Positions 8,920-18,063 are shown, counted from the stretch's first letter. The stretch: DNA of 64,000 bases from Candidatus Zixiibacteriota bacterium (GCA_022571845.1 JACZXB010000004.1:101578-165577), one strand, 5' to 3'. Notes: generated by a model from the letters alone, not told the origin. Translations and numbers: made by a program.

Positions 8920-9480
8920 ATGAATAAAAAGGGAGTAGAAAGGAAGTTCGCAGCAGTAGTAGTCGCAGCAATAATCTGCTTCAGTTTAAGTGTGAATAGA
9001 GTTCAGGCACAGGATGTTGCCACAGGAGCAGCCACCGCTACAGTATTGGCTGCATTATCAGTCATCGCCGCGCAGAATCTGATATTTGGAAATATCTACC
9101 AGGGTGTTGCCTCTACAGTTGCTAACAATATTAACGCCAGCTCGGGAATTTTTAACATACTCGGACAGGGCAGCGCCGGAATTTCTATCAGTTTTGTTCT
9201 TCCACAATTCATAGCTTTGGCCGACGGCTCTGACAGGATGACGATCGGTTTCAGCTCAACAGATGCAACAGTCGATTCCAATAATACTACGCCAGCTACA
9301 GTAGTTGCAGGTGATGGCTGGATTAACACGAATCCCAATAATCTGCCGGCCGCTACTGTCATTGGCGCCGCCGGCCAGACAAATGTCTATTTGGGCGGAA
9401 GAGTCTACCCTTCAGTTGACCAGGCTGCTGGAGCATATAGCGGAGATATTATTCTAACCGTAGCCTATAATGGAACCTGA
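8920..9480 (+). CDS. Secreted pilin-like subunit D (long subtype)
   Basis: Signal peptide ending VQAQ. QDVATGAATATVLAALSV strand, NLIFGNIYQG, ALADGSDRMTIGFSSTDA, and C-terminus IILTVAYNGT. Confidence 0.75.
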   Translation: MNKKGVERKFAAVVVAAIICFSLSVNRVQAQDVATGAATATVLAALSVIAAQNLIFGNIYQGVASTVANNINASSGIFNILGQGSAGISISFVLPQFIALADGSDRMTIGFSSTDATVDSNNTTPATVVAGDGWINTNPNNLPAATVIGAAGQTNVYLGGRVYPSVDQAAGAYSGDIILTVAYNGT

Positions 9481-9505
9481 TCTCAAGTAATACTCGAATT
9501 CGAAC

Positions 9506-9540
9506 GCCCCAATAGCTAAGCTGTTGGGGCACTTTTGTTT
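9506..9540 (+). terminator. Rho-independent terminator after subunit D
   Basis: GCCCCAA-11 nt-TTGGGGC stem followed by ACTTTTGTTT. Confidence 0.6.
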
Positions 9541-9728
9541 ACCCTCAAGAATGCGCTTATGCTCATCGTAATGGCGCTTATTCTCAAACTATTCAAAATT
9601 TAATCAAAACAGTGCTTGAAGCTGTTAAGTATTTGAGCTCTTGGGCGATAATCATACAAAAGAGCCAATAGGGGCTGCTTTTAACTATTCGAAAAGTAAA
9701 CATGAATATCAAGAATTATACAGATTCA

Positions 9729-9822
9729 TTTGTAACATCGCTGAGATTGCACCAATGGCTGAAAACTACTCTTTTACATATTCCTTTGTAACTTCACAGA
9801 GATTGCACCTATGGCTGAAGAT
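9729..9822 (+). repeat. Two copies of a roughly 37-bp direct repeat, 56 bp apart, at the 5' end of subunit E
   Basis: TTTGTAACATCGCTGAGATTGCACCAATGGCTGAAAA (9729-9765) compared with TTTGTAACTTCACAGAGATTGCACCTATGGCTGAAGA (9785-9821). Each copy carries an ATGGCTGAA. Confidence 0.8.
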
Positions 9823-10345
9823 TTCGCTATTGGTGCTTTCATTTCTAATTGTTATGGCCGCTAGTGGTATGGCACAGGACGTAGCTGTCGGGCAGGCAAC
9901 TGCGACAGTGCTGGCCACTCTGGCAGTTTCATCAACAGCAGCTCTGGCCTTTGGAAATGTATATCAAGGCGTTAGCAGTACCATCGCTAATAACAATGCC
10001 AGCGCCAGCGTCTTTACCATAACCGGAGCTGCCAGTTCGGGAATTATGATATTTATGGCACTTCCCAACTATGTCGCATTGGCTGACGGTAGTGACCGTA
10101 TGACGATCTCGTTCAGTTCGACTGATGCTTCGGTTGATACACTGGGTGGCGGTAACCCGACCACTATGGCAGCAGGCTCCGGTTTTCAGAACATAAATCC
10201 GCATAACTTTCCTGCGGCCGCAGTGATAGGTGCTGGCGGAACGACTAATATTTACCTGGGTGGTAAAGTCTTGCCAACCATTGATCAGACCGCCGGTGCT
10301 TACACAGGTGACATAATTTTGACAGTTGCTTATACAGGGAATTAA
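9755..10345 (+). CDS. Secreted pilin-like subunit E (long subtype); start codon uncertain
   Basis: The mature part, QDVAVGQATATVLATLAV...IILTVAYTGN, is collinear with subunits D and F. The in-frame ATG at 9755 gives an unusually long n-region before the hydrophobic core ISLLVLSFLIVMAASGMA. The track start at 9641 is probably too far upstream. Confidence 0.7.
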   Translation: MAENYSFTYSFVTSQRLHLWLKISLLVLSFLIVMAASGMAQDVAVGQATATVLATLAVSSTAALAFGNVYQGVSSTIANNNASASVFTITGAASSGIMIFMALPNYVALADGSDRMTISFSSTDASVDTLGGGNPTTMAAGSGFQNINPHNFPAAAVIGAGGTTNIYLGGKVLPTIDQTAGAYTGDIILTVAYTGN

Positions 10346-10410
10346 GAAAGTAAAAAGTGAACAAAAATAAGAAACAATTCAACCTTCGAATCCAACTAAG
10401 GAGTAACAAC

Positions 10411-10971
10411 ATGCGATTAAACGTAATGAATCGTTCTGTAAAGATCATTCTGTTCGTTGCACTGGCGGCTGTTTTGGCAGTTGCGCCGGTAGTAAACTCT
10501 CAGGATGTTGCAACAGGTTCAGCTACGGCTACAGTCTTGACTGCTCTTGCCGTAACTTCAACTGCCGCACTTGTTTTTGGTAATGTCTTTCAGGGTGTTT
10601 CCGCGACAATTGCCAACATTAACGCCGCAGCTGGTGTCTATTCCATAACCGGCCAGGCCAGTGCTGTTATTTCAATCTATATGGCATTGCCCGAATTCGT
10701 GGCTTTAGCCGATGGCAGCGACAAGATGACTATTTCATTCAGTTCAACTGATGCCTCAGTTGATACCCTCGGCGGCGGCGTTCCGACCGGTATGGTAGCA
10801 ACCTCCGGTTATCAGAACATCGATCCACACAACTTCCCCGCTGCCTCAAATATAGGTTCGGGTGGAACAACCAGTATTTATCTCGGCGGTAAAATATATC
10901 CGACTATTGACCAGGCAGCCGGCGCTTATACCGGCGATATAGTATTGACAGTCGCCTATACTGGCACCTGA
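10411..10971 (+). CDS. Secreted pilin-like subunit F (long subtype)
   Basis: AAGGAG lies 7 nt before the ATG at 10411. Signal peptide MRLNVMNRSVKIILFVALAAVLAVAPVVNS. Very similar to subunit E throughout. C-terminus IVLTVAYTGT. Confidence 0.8.
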   Translation: MRLNVMNRSVKIILFVALAAVLAVAPVVNSQDVATGSATATVLTALAVTSTAALVFGNVFQGVSATIANINAAAGVYSITGQASAVISIYMALPEFVALADGSDKMTISFSSTDASVDTLGGGVPTGMVATSGYQNIDPHNFPAASNIGSGGTTSIYLGGKIYPTIDQAAGAYTGDIVLTVAYTGT

Positions 10972-11094
10972 AAAAAGTTGTAGATTGTTGAACGACTTGA
11001 AGAGATAATTACTATTGATAATTTGCCGGGGAGTGGCATTGTAGGCTGCTCCCTCTGGCAGTTGAGAGAAAATAGTAAACATTGGAAGGTTACT

Positions 11095-11964
11095 ATGATT
11101 ACAAAATGGCAGAATTTCCGGATTCCAATTAGAGAGCAGCGCCTATACGCAGGTTTGCTTATCGCCCTTATTCTATTAATTGGCAATGTCAAAGCAGGTG
11201 TTCTGGTAGCGCCTACTGTTGTCTTTATGGATGAGCACAAACGAACCGGCCGGATAACTGTTCAGAACCCCTCCGACGAGCCCAGGGAAGTTACCATTCG
11301 CATGAGTTTTGGCCTGCCCACATCTGACAGTCTTGGCAATGTCTTCGTCAACCTTCAGGACTCAGGCATCACCGATATAAAAGCGGCAACCAGCTGGGTC
11401 AAGCCCTTTCCCCGCAAAATGCTGCTTCAACCGGGAGCGACTCAGGTTGTACGGTTTGTGGCCAGGCCTCCCAAGAATCTGGTTGACGGCGAATACTGGG
11501 CGCGGGTTGTGGTTACTTCGCAGGAAGGAATAACCTCTCTGCCCAATCCGACAGGTGAAGGTCAGATATCTACTGTACTCAATATGATTATGCAGACTGC
11601 GATCATGCTGAAATACCGCCAGGGAGATCAGATTGCTCATGTAAAGCTGAACAGCGTAGACGCCTCTCATGAAGACACGCTGGTGAGCGTCATAGTCGAT
11701 TTGTCCAGTACGGGCAATGCTTCATACGTGGGATTAATGCATTGCCGATTGTTTAATGCCGACAAACAGGAGATAGGCTATCGCCGCTTTGACCTGGCGG
11801 TCTATCATGATTTGAAAAGGCGGGTAACTTTTCCTGTTGCGTCCTATAAGAGTGGTTCGCCTTATTCATTTGAACTATACATTACGCCCAACGGCCGCAA
11901 GGATATTGCCGCTGAGTATCTTATAAGAGGAAACGAAATCGAATACTCAACGATTATTCCTTAG
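11095..11964 (+). CDS. Periplasmic PapD-like (Ig-fold) pilus assembly chaperone candidate
   Basis: Signal/anchor LLIALILLIGNVKAG. VLVAPTVVFMDEHKRTGRITVQNPSDEPREVTIRM and FPRKMLLQPGATQVVRFV match the strand pattern of PapD-type chaperone N-domains. A second beta-rich domain follows. It sits between the subunit genes and the usher-like gene. The ATG at 11095 follows GGAAGG. Confidence 0.55.
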   Translation: MITKWQNFRIPIREQRLYAGLLIALILLIGNVKAGVLVAPTVVFMDEHKRTGRITVQNPSDEPREVTIRMSFGLPTSDSLGNVFVNLQDSGITDIKAATSWVKPFPRKMLLQPGATQVVRFVARPPKNLVDGEYWARVVVTSQEGITSLPNPTGEGQISTVLNMIMQTAIMLKYRQGDQIAHVKLNSVDASHEDTLVSVIVDLSSTGNASYVGLMHCRLFNADKQEIGYRRFDLAVYHDLKRRVTFPVASYKSGSPYSFELYITPNGRKDIAAEYLIRGNEIEYSTIIP

Positions 11965-11975
11965 TCCCGTTTCTG

Positions 11976-14573
11976 ATGTGGAAAGACCTGCTTAAGATGT
12001 TGGCCGTAGATGTTAATTCAAAATTTGTAAATAAAACAAGGCTCTGTCTTTTGATATGCTGCGTATTGCTTTTGCAATCGGCAGTTTTTGGACAAAAGGT
12101 AGAGAGGGAAGAAATAGTAGTCTCGTTTGTCAGCCGGGGATTATTTTCTGAAGAATTTTTTGTCCAGTATGACGGCGAGCACATTTATCTGCCACTGCTC
12201 GAGGTATTGAGCGCTCTGGACATGTTTGGGTCATTCGACCGTGCTAACCAGCGAATCGAAGGTTTTCTGTTTACACCGTCTGACAAATTTACGTTTGACT
12301 ATAAAAAGCTCGAAGTTTCCTACGGCGGCAAAAAGCATGCAGTCAGCTATAATCAATATATGGTCGAAAGCACAGACCTGTTTTTGAGAGTTGACCAGTT
12401 TAAGCGCCTCTTTGGACTCCCTTTTGAATTCGATTTTTCTGAATTGAGAGTATCAATGCCTTCCGACAAGAGATTACCATTATATCAAAAATTGATGCGT
12501 AAACGCCTTCACGAAAAGCTAAAACGAAAAGACGATGCAATCGGGCCGGTTTATACGCTGCCTCTTAAACGCAGCTGGTTTTCAGGCGGCGCTTTGGACT
12601 GGCAGATTTCTAACAGTCTGGTAGGCAGACAGAATCACTTTTACGGATTTGATCTGGGTTCATCGTTAATGGGAGGCGATCTGGTTTTTTCCGGTGGCGG
12701 CAGCAAGAGCAGGGGTTATGACCCCGAGCAGATGCGCTACCGCTGGAACTATGCTTTCCAGGATAAAAGCTACATAACCAAAGCCTCTTTAGGAGAAGTT
12801 TACACTGTTGGTGCCTTGGGCAGAAATCTTAATGGAGCTATGGTCACCAACCGGCCGTTAGTTCAGCGCCGCTATTACCAGACTATCAGTGTCAGCGACG
12901 TTATTGGCCCCAACTGGGAAGTAGAGCTGTATATAGACAATGAGTTAGTGGATGTTATGACCACAGACTTAAGAGGCGAATATAATTTCAATATCGATTT
13001 AGTATACGGTAATACGCTGGTAACTTTGAAAATGTACGGACCTAATGGTGAAATCAAAAGTGAAGACAAATATTTTCTGGTTCCATTTAACCTCATCCCT
13101 GAAGGTGAATTTGAGTATACCATTGCAGCCGGTGAAACTGAGGTACTAAGAGAAAACCGCCGCTATGCGCAGGCACAGGCGTTTTATGGAGTAAACTCAT
13201 GGCTAACAGCCGGTCTTGGGCTGGAGCAGCCGCTAGGAGCTTTGGGCGATGAAAGTATCAAGTTTGCCGGTGAGCTCGGCGTTCAAGTGGGCGGTGGACT
13301 AACGTTTAGTACAGCCATTGCGCCCAACCGGTCAATGGGTATTAACGGCGCTTTTAGCCGGTCGTCTTCCTTCTCTTTAGCAGCAGGATATACTAAGTAC
13401 TGGCCGGATGATTTTTTTAATCCTTTTAATCGCGAGTACCGGGCGATTTTTTCAGCCAGCGCACCTTTTAAGATTAAAAATACTCGTATAGGGATAAGAT
13501 ACTACGTTTCAGTAGACAAATTTCCTTCGGTGCTGGCAACCAATATGAATTATGGAATGTCCGGCTCAGCTGGGCCGGTCAATCTAAATTTTCTGGGAAA
13601 ATTCAGCCAGTCTAAATATGAATCAAGAACAGTTAATGAAATTATTAACCAGATTTTTGCTACTGTTCATATATATAAATGGATTCGCCCGCAGTTCAGA
13701 GTTGCCTACAACCATAGTAAGTCGATGCTTGACAAATATGGCATATATATCGGACGCCGGGTCTTTAAGACCTCACAACTTTCTGTTTCCTACGAACGCA
13801 ATGAAGCGATCAAAACTGACCAAATTCAACTGACTTTTCACCTCTTTACCGGTTTCTTGACTTCCACCACCCGGGGCATTTCTACCAATAGAGGCTCCAC
13901 AGTTAGCCAGGTTCAGCGCGGCTCTATTCTTTACGATGGCAATACCCATTCAATTCGTTTTGATCGCCGGAATAATGTCGGTTATGCCTCGGCAGTTGTA
14001 CGTCCGTACTTAGACCGAAATTATAATTCTCAAATGGACCCGGGCGAAGAGTGGCTGGATGGTATCCGCCCCAAGATGAAAGGTCCGTCGGGAATTCCCT
14101 CGGGGAAAAACAATCTGCATTATTTTAACAGACTTCGTCCTTATGACAATTACCTAATTCAGATAGACCAGTACAGTCTTGATGACCCGACCCTAAGAGC
14201 AGTGCATGAAAATTATATGGTAACAGTCGGACCAAATGTGGTCACGGCGATTGATGTAGCGGTGGTTGTAACCAGTGATATTTCGGGGACTGTCAACCGT
14301 TTGTTGCCGCAAGGCGGCGAAGTTGGTGTTGGCGGGATAAAAATTAGAATTGTCAATATTACAACAGATGAACTGACTGAGATATCGACTTTTAATGACG
14401 GCGAGTATTATTATCTGGGACTTACTCCCGGTTCCTACCGGGCCTATATAGACCCCAAACAGCTTGAGCAGTACGGCTACGAGAGCGAACCCGGCGGCAT
14501 AGATTTCATTATCGAACCGACCGAAGGCGGTACTTCGATAGAAGATATCAGTTTTAAGATCGTTTCGAAGTAG
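11976..14573 (+). CDS. Usher-like outer-membrane assembly platform with a C-terminal CarboxypepD_reg-like beta-sandwich
   Basis: 865 aa with a signal peptide (...LCLLICCVLLLQSAVFG). The segment WEVELYIDNELVDVMTTDLRGEYNFNIDLVYGNTLVTLKMYGPNGEIKSED resembles the usher 'vdvyvNg...G.f.i' middle-domain pattern. Long beta-rich, Tyr/Gly/Ser-rich stretches are consistent with a barrel. The C-terminus GIKIRIVNITTDELTEISTFNDGEYYYLGLTPGSYRAYID is a CarboxypepD_reg-type motif. Confidence 0.55.
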   Translation: MWKDLLKMLAVDVNSKFVNKTRLCLLICCVLLLQSAVFGQKVEREEIVVSFVSRGLFSEEFFVQYDGEHIYLPLLEVLSALDMFGSFDRANQRIEGFLFTPSDKFTFDYKKLEVSYGGKKHAVSYNQYMVESTDLFLRVDQFKRLFGLPFEFDFSELRVSMPSDKRLPLYQKLMRKRLHEKLKRKDDAIGPVYTLPLKRSWFSGGALDWQISNSLVGRQNHFYGFDLGSSLMGGDLVFSGGGSKSRGYDPEQMRYRWNYAFQDKSYITKASLGEVYTVGALGRNLNGAMVTNRPLVQRRYYQTISVSDVIGPNWEVELYIDNELVDVMTTDLRGEYNFNIDLVYGNTLVTLKMYGPNGEIKSEDKYFLVPFNLIPEGEFEYTIAAGETEVLRENRRYAQAQAFYGVNSWLTAGLGLEQPLGALGDESIKFAGELGVQVGGGLTFSTAIAPNRSMGINGAFSRSSSFSLAAGYTKYWPDDFFNPFNREYRAIFSASAPFKIKNTRIGIRYYVSVDKFPSVLATNMNYGMSGSAGPVNLNFLGKFSQSKYESRTVNEIINQIFATVHIYKWIRPQFRVAYNHSKSMLDKYGIYIGRRVFKTSQLSVSYERNEAIKTDQIQLTFHLFTGFLTSTTRGISTNRGSTVSQVQRGSILYDGNTHSIRFDRRNNVGYASAVVRPYLDRNYNSQMDPGEEWLDGIRPKMKGPSGIPSGKNNLHYFNRLRPYDNYLIQIDQYSLDDPTLRAVHENYMVTVGPNVVTAIDVAVVVTSDISGTVNRLLPQGGEVGVGGIKIRIVNITTDELTEISTFNDGEYYYLGLTPGSYRAYIDPKQLEQYGYESEPGGIDFIIEPTEGGTSIEDISFKIVSK

Positions 14574-14599
14574 CTTATCTGTGTAATAGGGACAGACAA

Positions 14600-14617
14600 G
14601 GCTCGCCGTGGCGAGCC
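14600..14617 (+). terminator. GC-rich hairpin downstream of the usher-like gene
   Basis: GGCTCGC-cgtg-GCGAGCC forms a 7-bp stem. There is no U-run. Confidence 0.3.
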
Positions 14618-14640
14618 GCCCAAGTGTTTATGCCTATTCT

Positions 14641-14740
14641 GTCACCCGCTTGTCTTTTCTGACTTTTCTTTTTCCTATACTGCCTTTCCTTTTTTCTATT
14701 CTGTCTTTCCTGCGTAGGCAGGAATCCATCTTTCCTTTGA
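14641..14740 (+). repeat. Family-B REP-like element, copy 1: polypyrimidine tract plus hairpin CCTGCGTAGGCAGG plus AATCCATCTTTCC
   Basis: Shares ...TGTCTTTCC-[hairpin]-GGAATCCATCTTT(T)CCTT with 43097-43150 (same orientation) and 44299-44370 (inverted). Confidence 0.7.
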
Positions 14741-14908
14741 TAGAAACTCTCCATAATTGCATGGTCCCGAGCGAAGTCGATGGGTAGGTCACGCGGAGAA
14801 GCAATGAAATCGATAAACTTGACGAAATCCTAAAATGAAGTATCTTTGCCTAATTGCTAACCTCAACTAAAAAGGCTTCTGACTATCCTTTTGTTTGTAT
14901 CATAATAT

Positions 14909-15493
14909 ATGGCTGAAAACACAACTTTCAGGTTCTTGGGCGGCCTCCTGCGCAATCCTAAGCATATCGGCGCCATAGCTCCCAGTTCAGAAAAACTGGC
15001 TATGGCCATGGTTGAAGGCCTGGAGCTTCATCCGGGCGAACTGATTATTGAACTGGGGCCGGGAACCGGAGCCTTTACAAAACAGATCAGCAAAATTATT
15101 CCTGAGGGCGCCTGCTATCTGGGAATCGAGCGAGACCCAAAATTTGTGCGGCTTCTGCAGAAACGCTACCCCCAATTGACATTCGTTAACGGCAACGCCG
15201 AAAATCTATGCGACCTTCGTAACGGTTACAGCAATATGAAGACGAGAGTGATAATTTCCGGTCTGCCTTTTTCAATTCAAGTTGGCGAGGTTCGCGATAA
15301 TATCATAGACGGGATTGACAAGCTGATGACCCCCGGAGCAGTCTTTCGGACTATGCAGTATTTGCACACTTATCCGATTCCTTCGGCGACAAGGTTCCGG
15401 CGGCGCATGACCGAAGTATTCGGTGATTTTCACAGAAGCAAAGTTATAATTCCCAATCTACCCCCCGCCTTTGTGCTCACCTGGCAGCGATAA
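14909..15493 (+). CDS. Class I SAM-dependent methyltransferase (COG3963 / phospholipid N-methyltransferase-like)
   Basis: N-terminus FLGGLLRNPKHIGAIAPSSEKLAMAM and SAM motif I ELGPGTGAFT. Confidence 0.65.
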   Translation: MAENTTFRFLGGLLRNPKHIGAIAPSSEKLAMAMVEGLELHPGELIIELGPGTGAFTKQISKIIPEGACYLGIERDPKFVRLLQKRYPQLTFVNGNAENLCDLRNGYSNMKTRVIISGLPFSIQVGEVRDNIIDGIDKLMTPGAVFRTMQYLHTYPIPSATRFRRRMTEVFGDFHRSKVIIPNLPPAFVLTWQR

Positions 15494-15518
15494 CTTATAG
15501 TACTGAGCACACTTGACG

Positions 15519-15575
15519 GGAACCCACGCTTCGACTTCGCTCAGGACAATGCCATAAATGGTGGAGCACCCCGCA
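15519..15575 (+). repeat. Family-A REP-like element, copy 4 (GGAACCCAC...insert...ATAAATGGTGGAGCACCCC)
   Basis: Shares its ends with 43059-43086, 43451-43503 and 44473-44498. It lies between convergent genes. Confidence 0.6.
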
Positions 15576-15604
15576 TTGGATCGCGTTTGGCTATCTTAGT
15601 TTGA

Positions 15605-18055
15605 TTAAGACTCTACGGAAGTAATGCTTTCTTTAGTCCCTTGCATGCCCGCTTCGGTAATCTTCAAAAAATCCGCTAACTTTGAAAGCGAGTGAAAAAG
15701 GGTGTAGTTGTTCCAGACTTTGCGCATGCCGTTTTGGATGTACGGCAGTCTCTCTTTTGGGTTATTCAAGAAATGCTCAAACATTTCTTTATACTCTTGA
15801 GGGGAATTAGCAACCGCCATTTCGTTGGCATCGAACAGTTCTTTCATAGCGGCCGGGTTATCCACCAGTTCAAAACCGCCGCAGGCTGGAATTACACAGG
15901 TCCGTTCGTTGACTTCGTCAAATCTTTCATACTGCGCTTCAATATGAAAGTTCGGAAGAACTTTGGCAAAGTTGTACAATAGTGCTGAGTCTGAAACAGA
16001 AAGTTCGCCGGCGCCCCGGTTCCAGCCTTTACCAGCCAGGATGCCGCGGTAGTTATTGACAATCGGCTGCAAATATTGAGTTCCTTGTTTAGCCTTTAAT
16101 TGTGAATTTGTCCCGACAAAAAAGAAATCCCATACCTGTCTGGCCGGACGCATGTAATGCTGATTTGGATTAATACCAAACGGAATCGAAATCAGCGGCT
16201 TTTTTAATGAATCGAATCTTTTGTCACCAGCCGGATTCAGATGAAAGGTAATCAAAAAATCACACATGTCGTAGCTGTCTTGTAGATTTACGATATGTCC
16301 GATTTTAAATTCGTGCTGCTGCTGATAATTTGCTATGAATTCCGAATCCAGCTTTTCGATATAAGCCGGGTCGCCGACTGTGATAAAAACTGTCGGCTGA
16401 AATGATTGAAATGTTTTTTTAGTATTGTCATTCCAGTCAAGTAGCGACGTTTGAACGCCCATGATATTGAGCGTTTCGACCCAGCTATCAAACAGATATT
16501 TTATGGCGCCGTTATTTGGGCGGTGCAGCAAAATTCTTTGGCCGCAAGCCTGGTAGCGGTTTTCAAATTTTTGAAATGCTCGATCTCGCAAAGAATGGTT
16601 TTCTTTCAGTAGCTCCAGACGGGATTCATCGACACAATGTTTAGTAGTCCAGCGGGCACTCCGGATTATGGCTGCTGACTGGTTACCGTCTAATACTATA
16701 TGGGGAGTCATGGCGCCATACAGTTCCAGCACATTATTGTGAGCGTCTGTCATATGAGGGTCAGCGTGCAGAGCCTTATCGAAGGCCCCGGCAGATTCTG
16801 TTAGCTTTCCTTGTGCATATAGCAGTACGCCGGCATTGTTCAATGTCTGCGGGTCATTGGGGCCAAGTTCTAGTGCCTCAAGACAAAAGTTTTCTGCATC
16901 TGCGACAGCACCCGACGAAAAACTAGTTTCGCTTAATCCTCTTAGCGCCCCGATTGAAACGGGACATATTCTTAGCGCCTTGCGAAATTTTGATTGAGCT
17001 TTAAAAAAATTGCCGAGCCTCAATAACTTTTGCCCTTCTACAACTTCGCTGTCAGACTCAAGCCTTATTAGCAGCTCTGAAATTTCATCTTTAAATCTTG
17101 GCGAATATTTCATAGACCGCTCTGCAAATTCTCGAATCGCCTTGTCAAAGCGCCAGAGATTTTGTTCTATCTCTTCATCGGAGTTTTGATTTTTAAAGAG
17201 TTCCGGGATATGGAAATCTTTCTTGGCCGTGTATAGATTGTCCGCTAATAGAAAATATTTGGCTGCGTTGTAATCGCCGGTTCCAGATTTAAATTGCTGC
17301 AGCATCGGATGCTTTAGATATATTCTGTCGTCGATATGCTCTGCGAAGTACTTCTTTATTGCCAGAATTCGCTCAACCTGCCAGACAATATTGCAGCTAT
17401 TGTTGTCGCCGTGTACGCGCCAGTTGAGTCCCACGCCTGAGATAATTTTGACAGACGGCCGACACAGCATGCCACAAATTGTAAACCAGATATCAGCGCC
17501 TCCCCCATATTCAAACGGTTTGAATTTAAGCTTATGATCATGCAGGAATTTGGTTCTAAAAAGTCCGTTATGCGGCATGGCAACTGAACAGTATTTCCAG
17601 GACCGAAAGAGGGCGCTATCCGGGTCAGTCTTCCAGTCGTCGTAGTGCCACTGTAGAAGTTGGTCGCCGTCTTTGTTTACTATGTTTAAGCTACCGCAAA
17701 TCCAGTCAAGAGTTTCGTTTTTGCGACATTCGTTAATCATTCGCTCAAAATAATCAGTTTCAATAAAGTCATCGCTGTCCAGCCGATAGAAATATTCTCC
17801 TCTGGCGTTTGCTATCGCTTTATTTATCGTTTCGTGTACCGCCTTAGAGCCGTGGTTGCGTTCGTGCCGGATCAAATTAATTTTGTCGCCGTAAGATTTG
17901 AGAATATCAATTGTGCTGTCGGTGGAACAGTCATCATATACGAATACGTCGAATTGTTGGTAGGTTTGATTTAAAACCGAGTCGATAGCTTGGCGGACGT
18001 AGTCTTCATGATTATAACTGGTGATGCAAACAGTAATTGTTGGTTCGAAACTCAT
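15605..18055 (-). CDS. Multidomain glycosyltransferase: N-terminal GT2, central TPR repeats, C-terminal CgeB/GT1-like domain
   Basis: GT2 signature ITVCITSYNHEDYVRQAIDSVLNQTY...VFVYDDCSTDST...DSDD. TPR-like LELGPNDPQTLNNAGVLLYAQGKLTESAGAFDKALHADP. The C-terminal roughly 300 aa resembles spore-maturation CgeB-type glycosyltransferase domains. Confidence 0.7.
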   Translation of the reverse strand: MSFEPTITVCITSYNHEDYVRQAIDSVLNQTYQQFDVFVYDDCSTDSTIDILKSYGDKINLIRHERNHGSKAVHETINKAIANARGEYFYRLDSDDFIETDYFERMINECRKNETLDWICGSLNIVNKDGDQLLQWHYDDWKTDPDSALFRSWKYCSVAMPHNGLFRTKFLHDHKLKFKPFEYGGGADIWFTICGMLCRPSVKIISGVGLNWRVHGDNNSCNIVWQVERILAIKKYFAEHIDDRIYLKHPMLQQFKSGTGDYNAAKYFLLADNLYTAKKDFHIPELFKNQNSDEEIEQNLWRFDKAIREFAERSMKYSPRFKDEISELLIRLESDSEVVEGQKLLRLGNFFKAQSKFRKALRICPVSIGALRGLSETSFSSGAVADAENFCLEALELGPNDPQTLNNAGVLLYAQGKLTESAGAFDKALHADPHMTDAHNNVLELYGAMTPHIVLDGNQSAAIIRSARWTTKHCVDESRLELLKENHSLRDRAFQKFENRYQACGQRILLHRPNNGAIKYLFDSWVETLNIMGVQTSLLDWNDNTKKTFQSFQPTVFITVGDPAYIEKLDSEFIANYQQQHEFKIGHIVNLQDSYDMCDFLITFHLNPAGDKRFDSLKKPLISIPFGINPNQHYMRPARQVWDFFFVGTNSQLKAKQGTQYLQPIVNNYRGILAGKGWNRGAGELSVSDSALLYNFAKVLPNFHIEAQYERFDEVNERTCVIPACGGFELVDNPAAMKELFDANEMAVANSPQEYKEMFEHFLNNPKERLPYIQNGMRKVWNNYTLFHSLSKLADFLKITEAGMQGTKESITSVES

Positions 18056-18063
18056 AGACTGTT

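Noticed and set aside
9641-9754. The N-terminal 38 residues of the 234-aa ORF-track version of subunit E.
   Set aside because: The TTG start lies in sequence with no similarity to the paralogs, directly after a terminator. The signal peptide only appears after the ATG at 9755.
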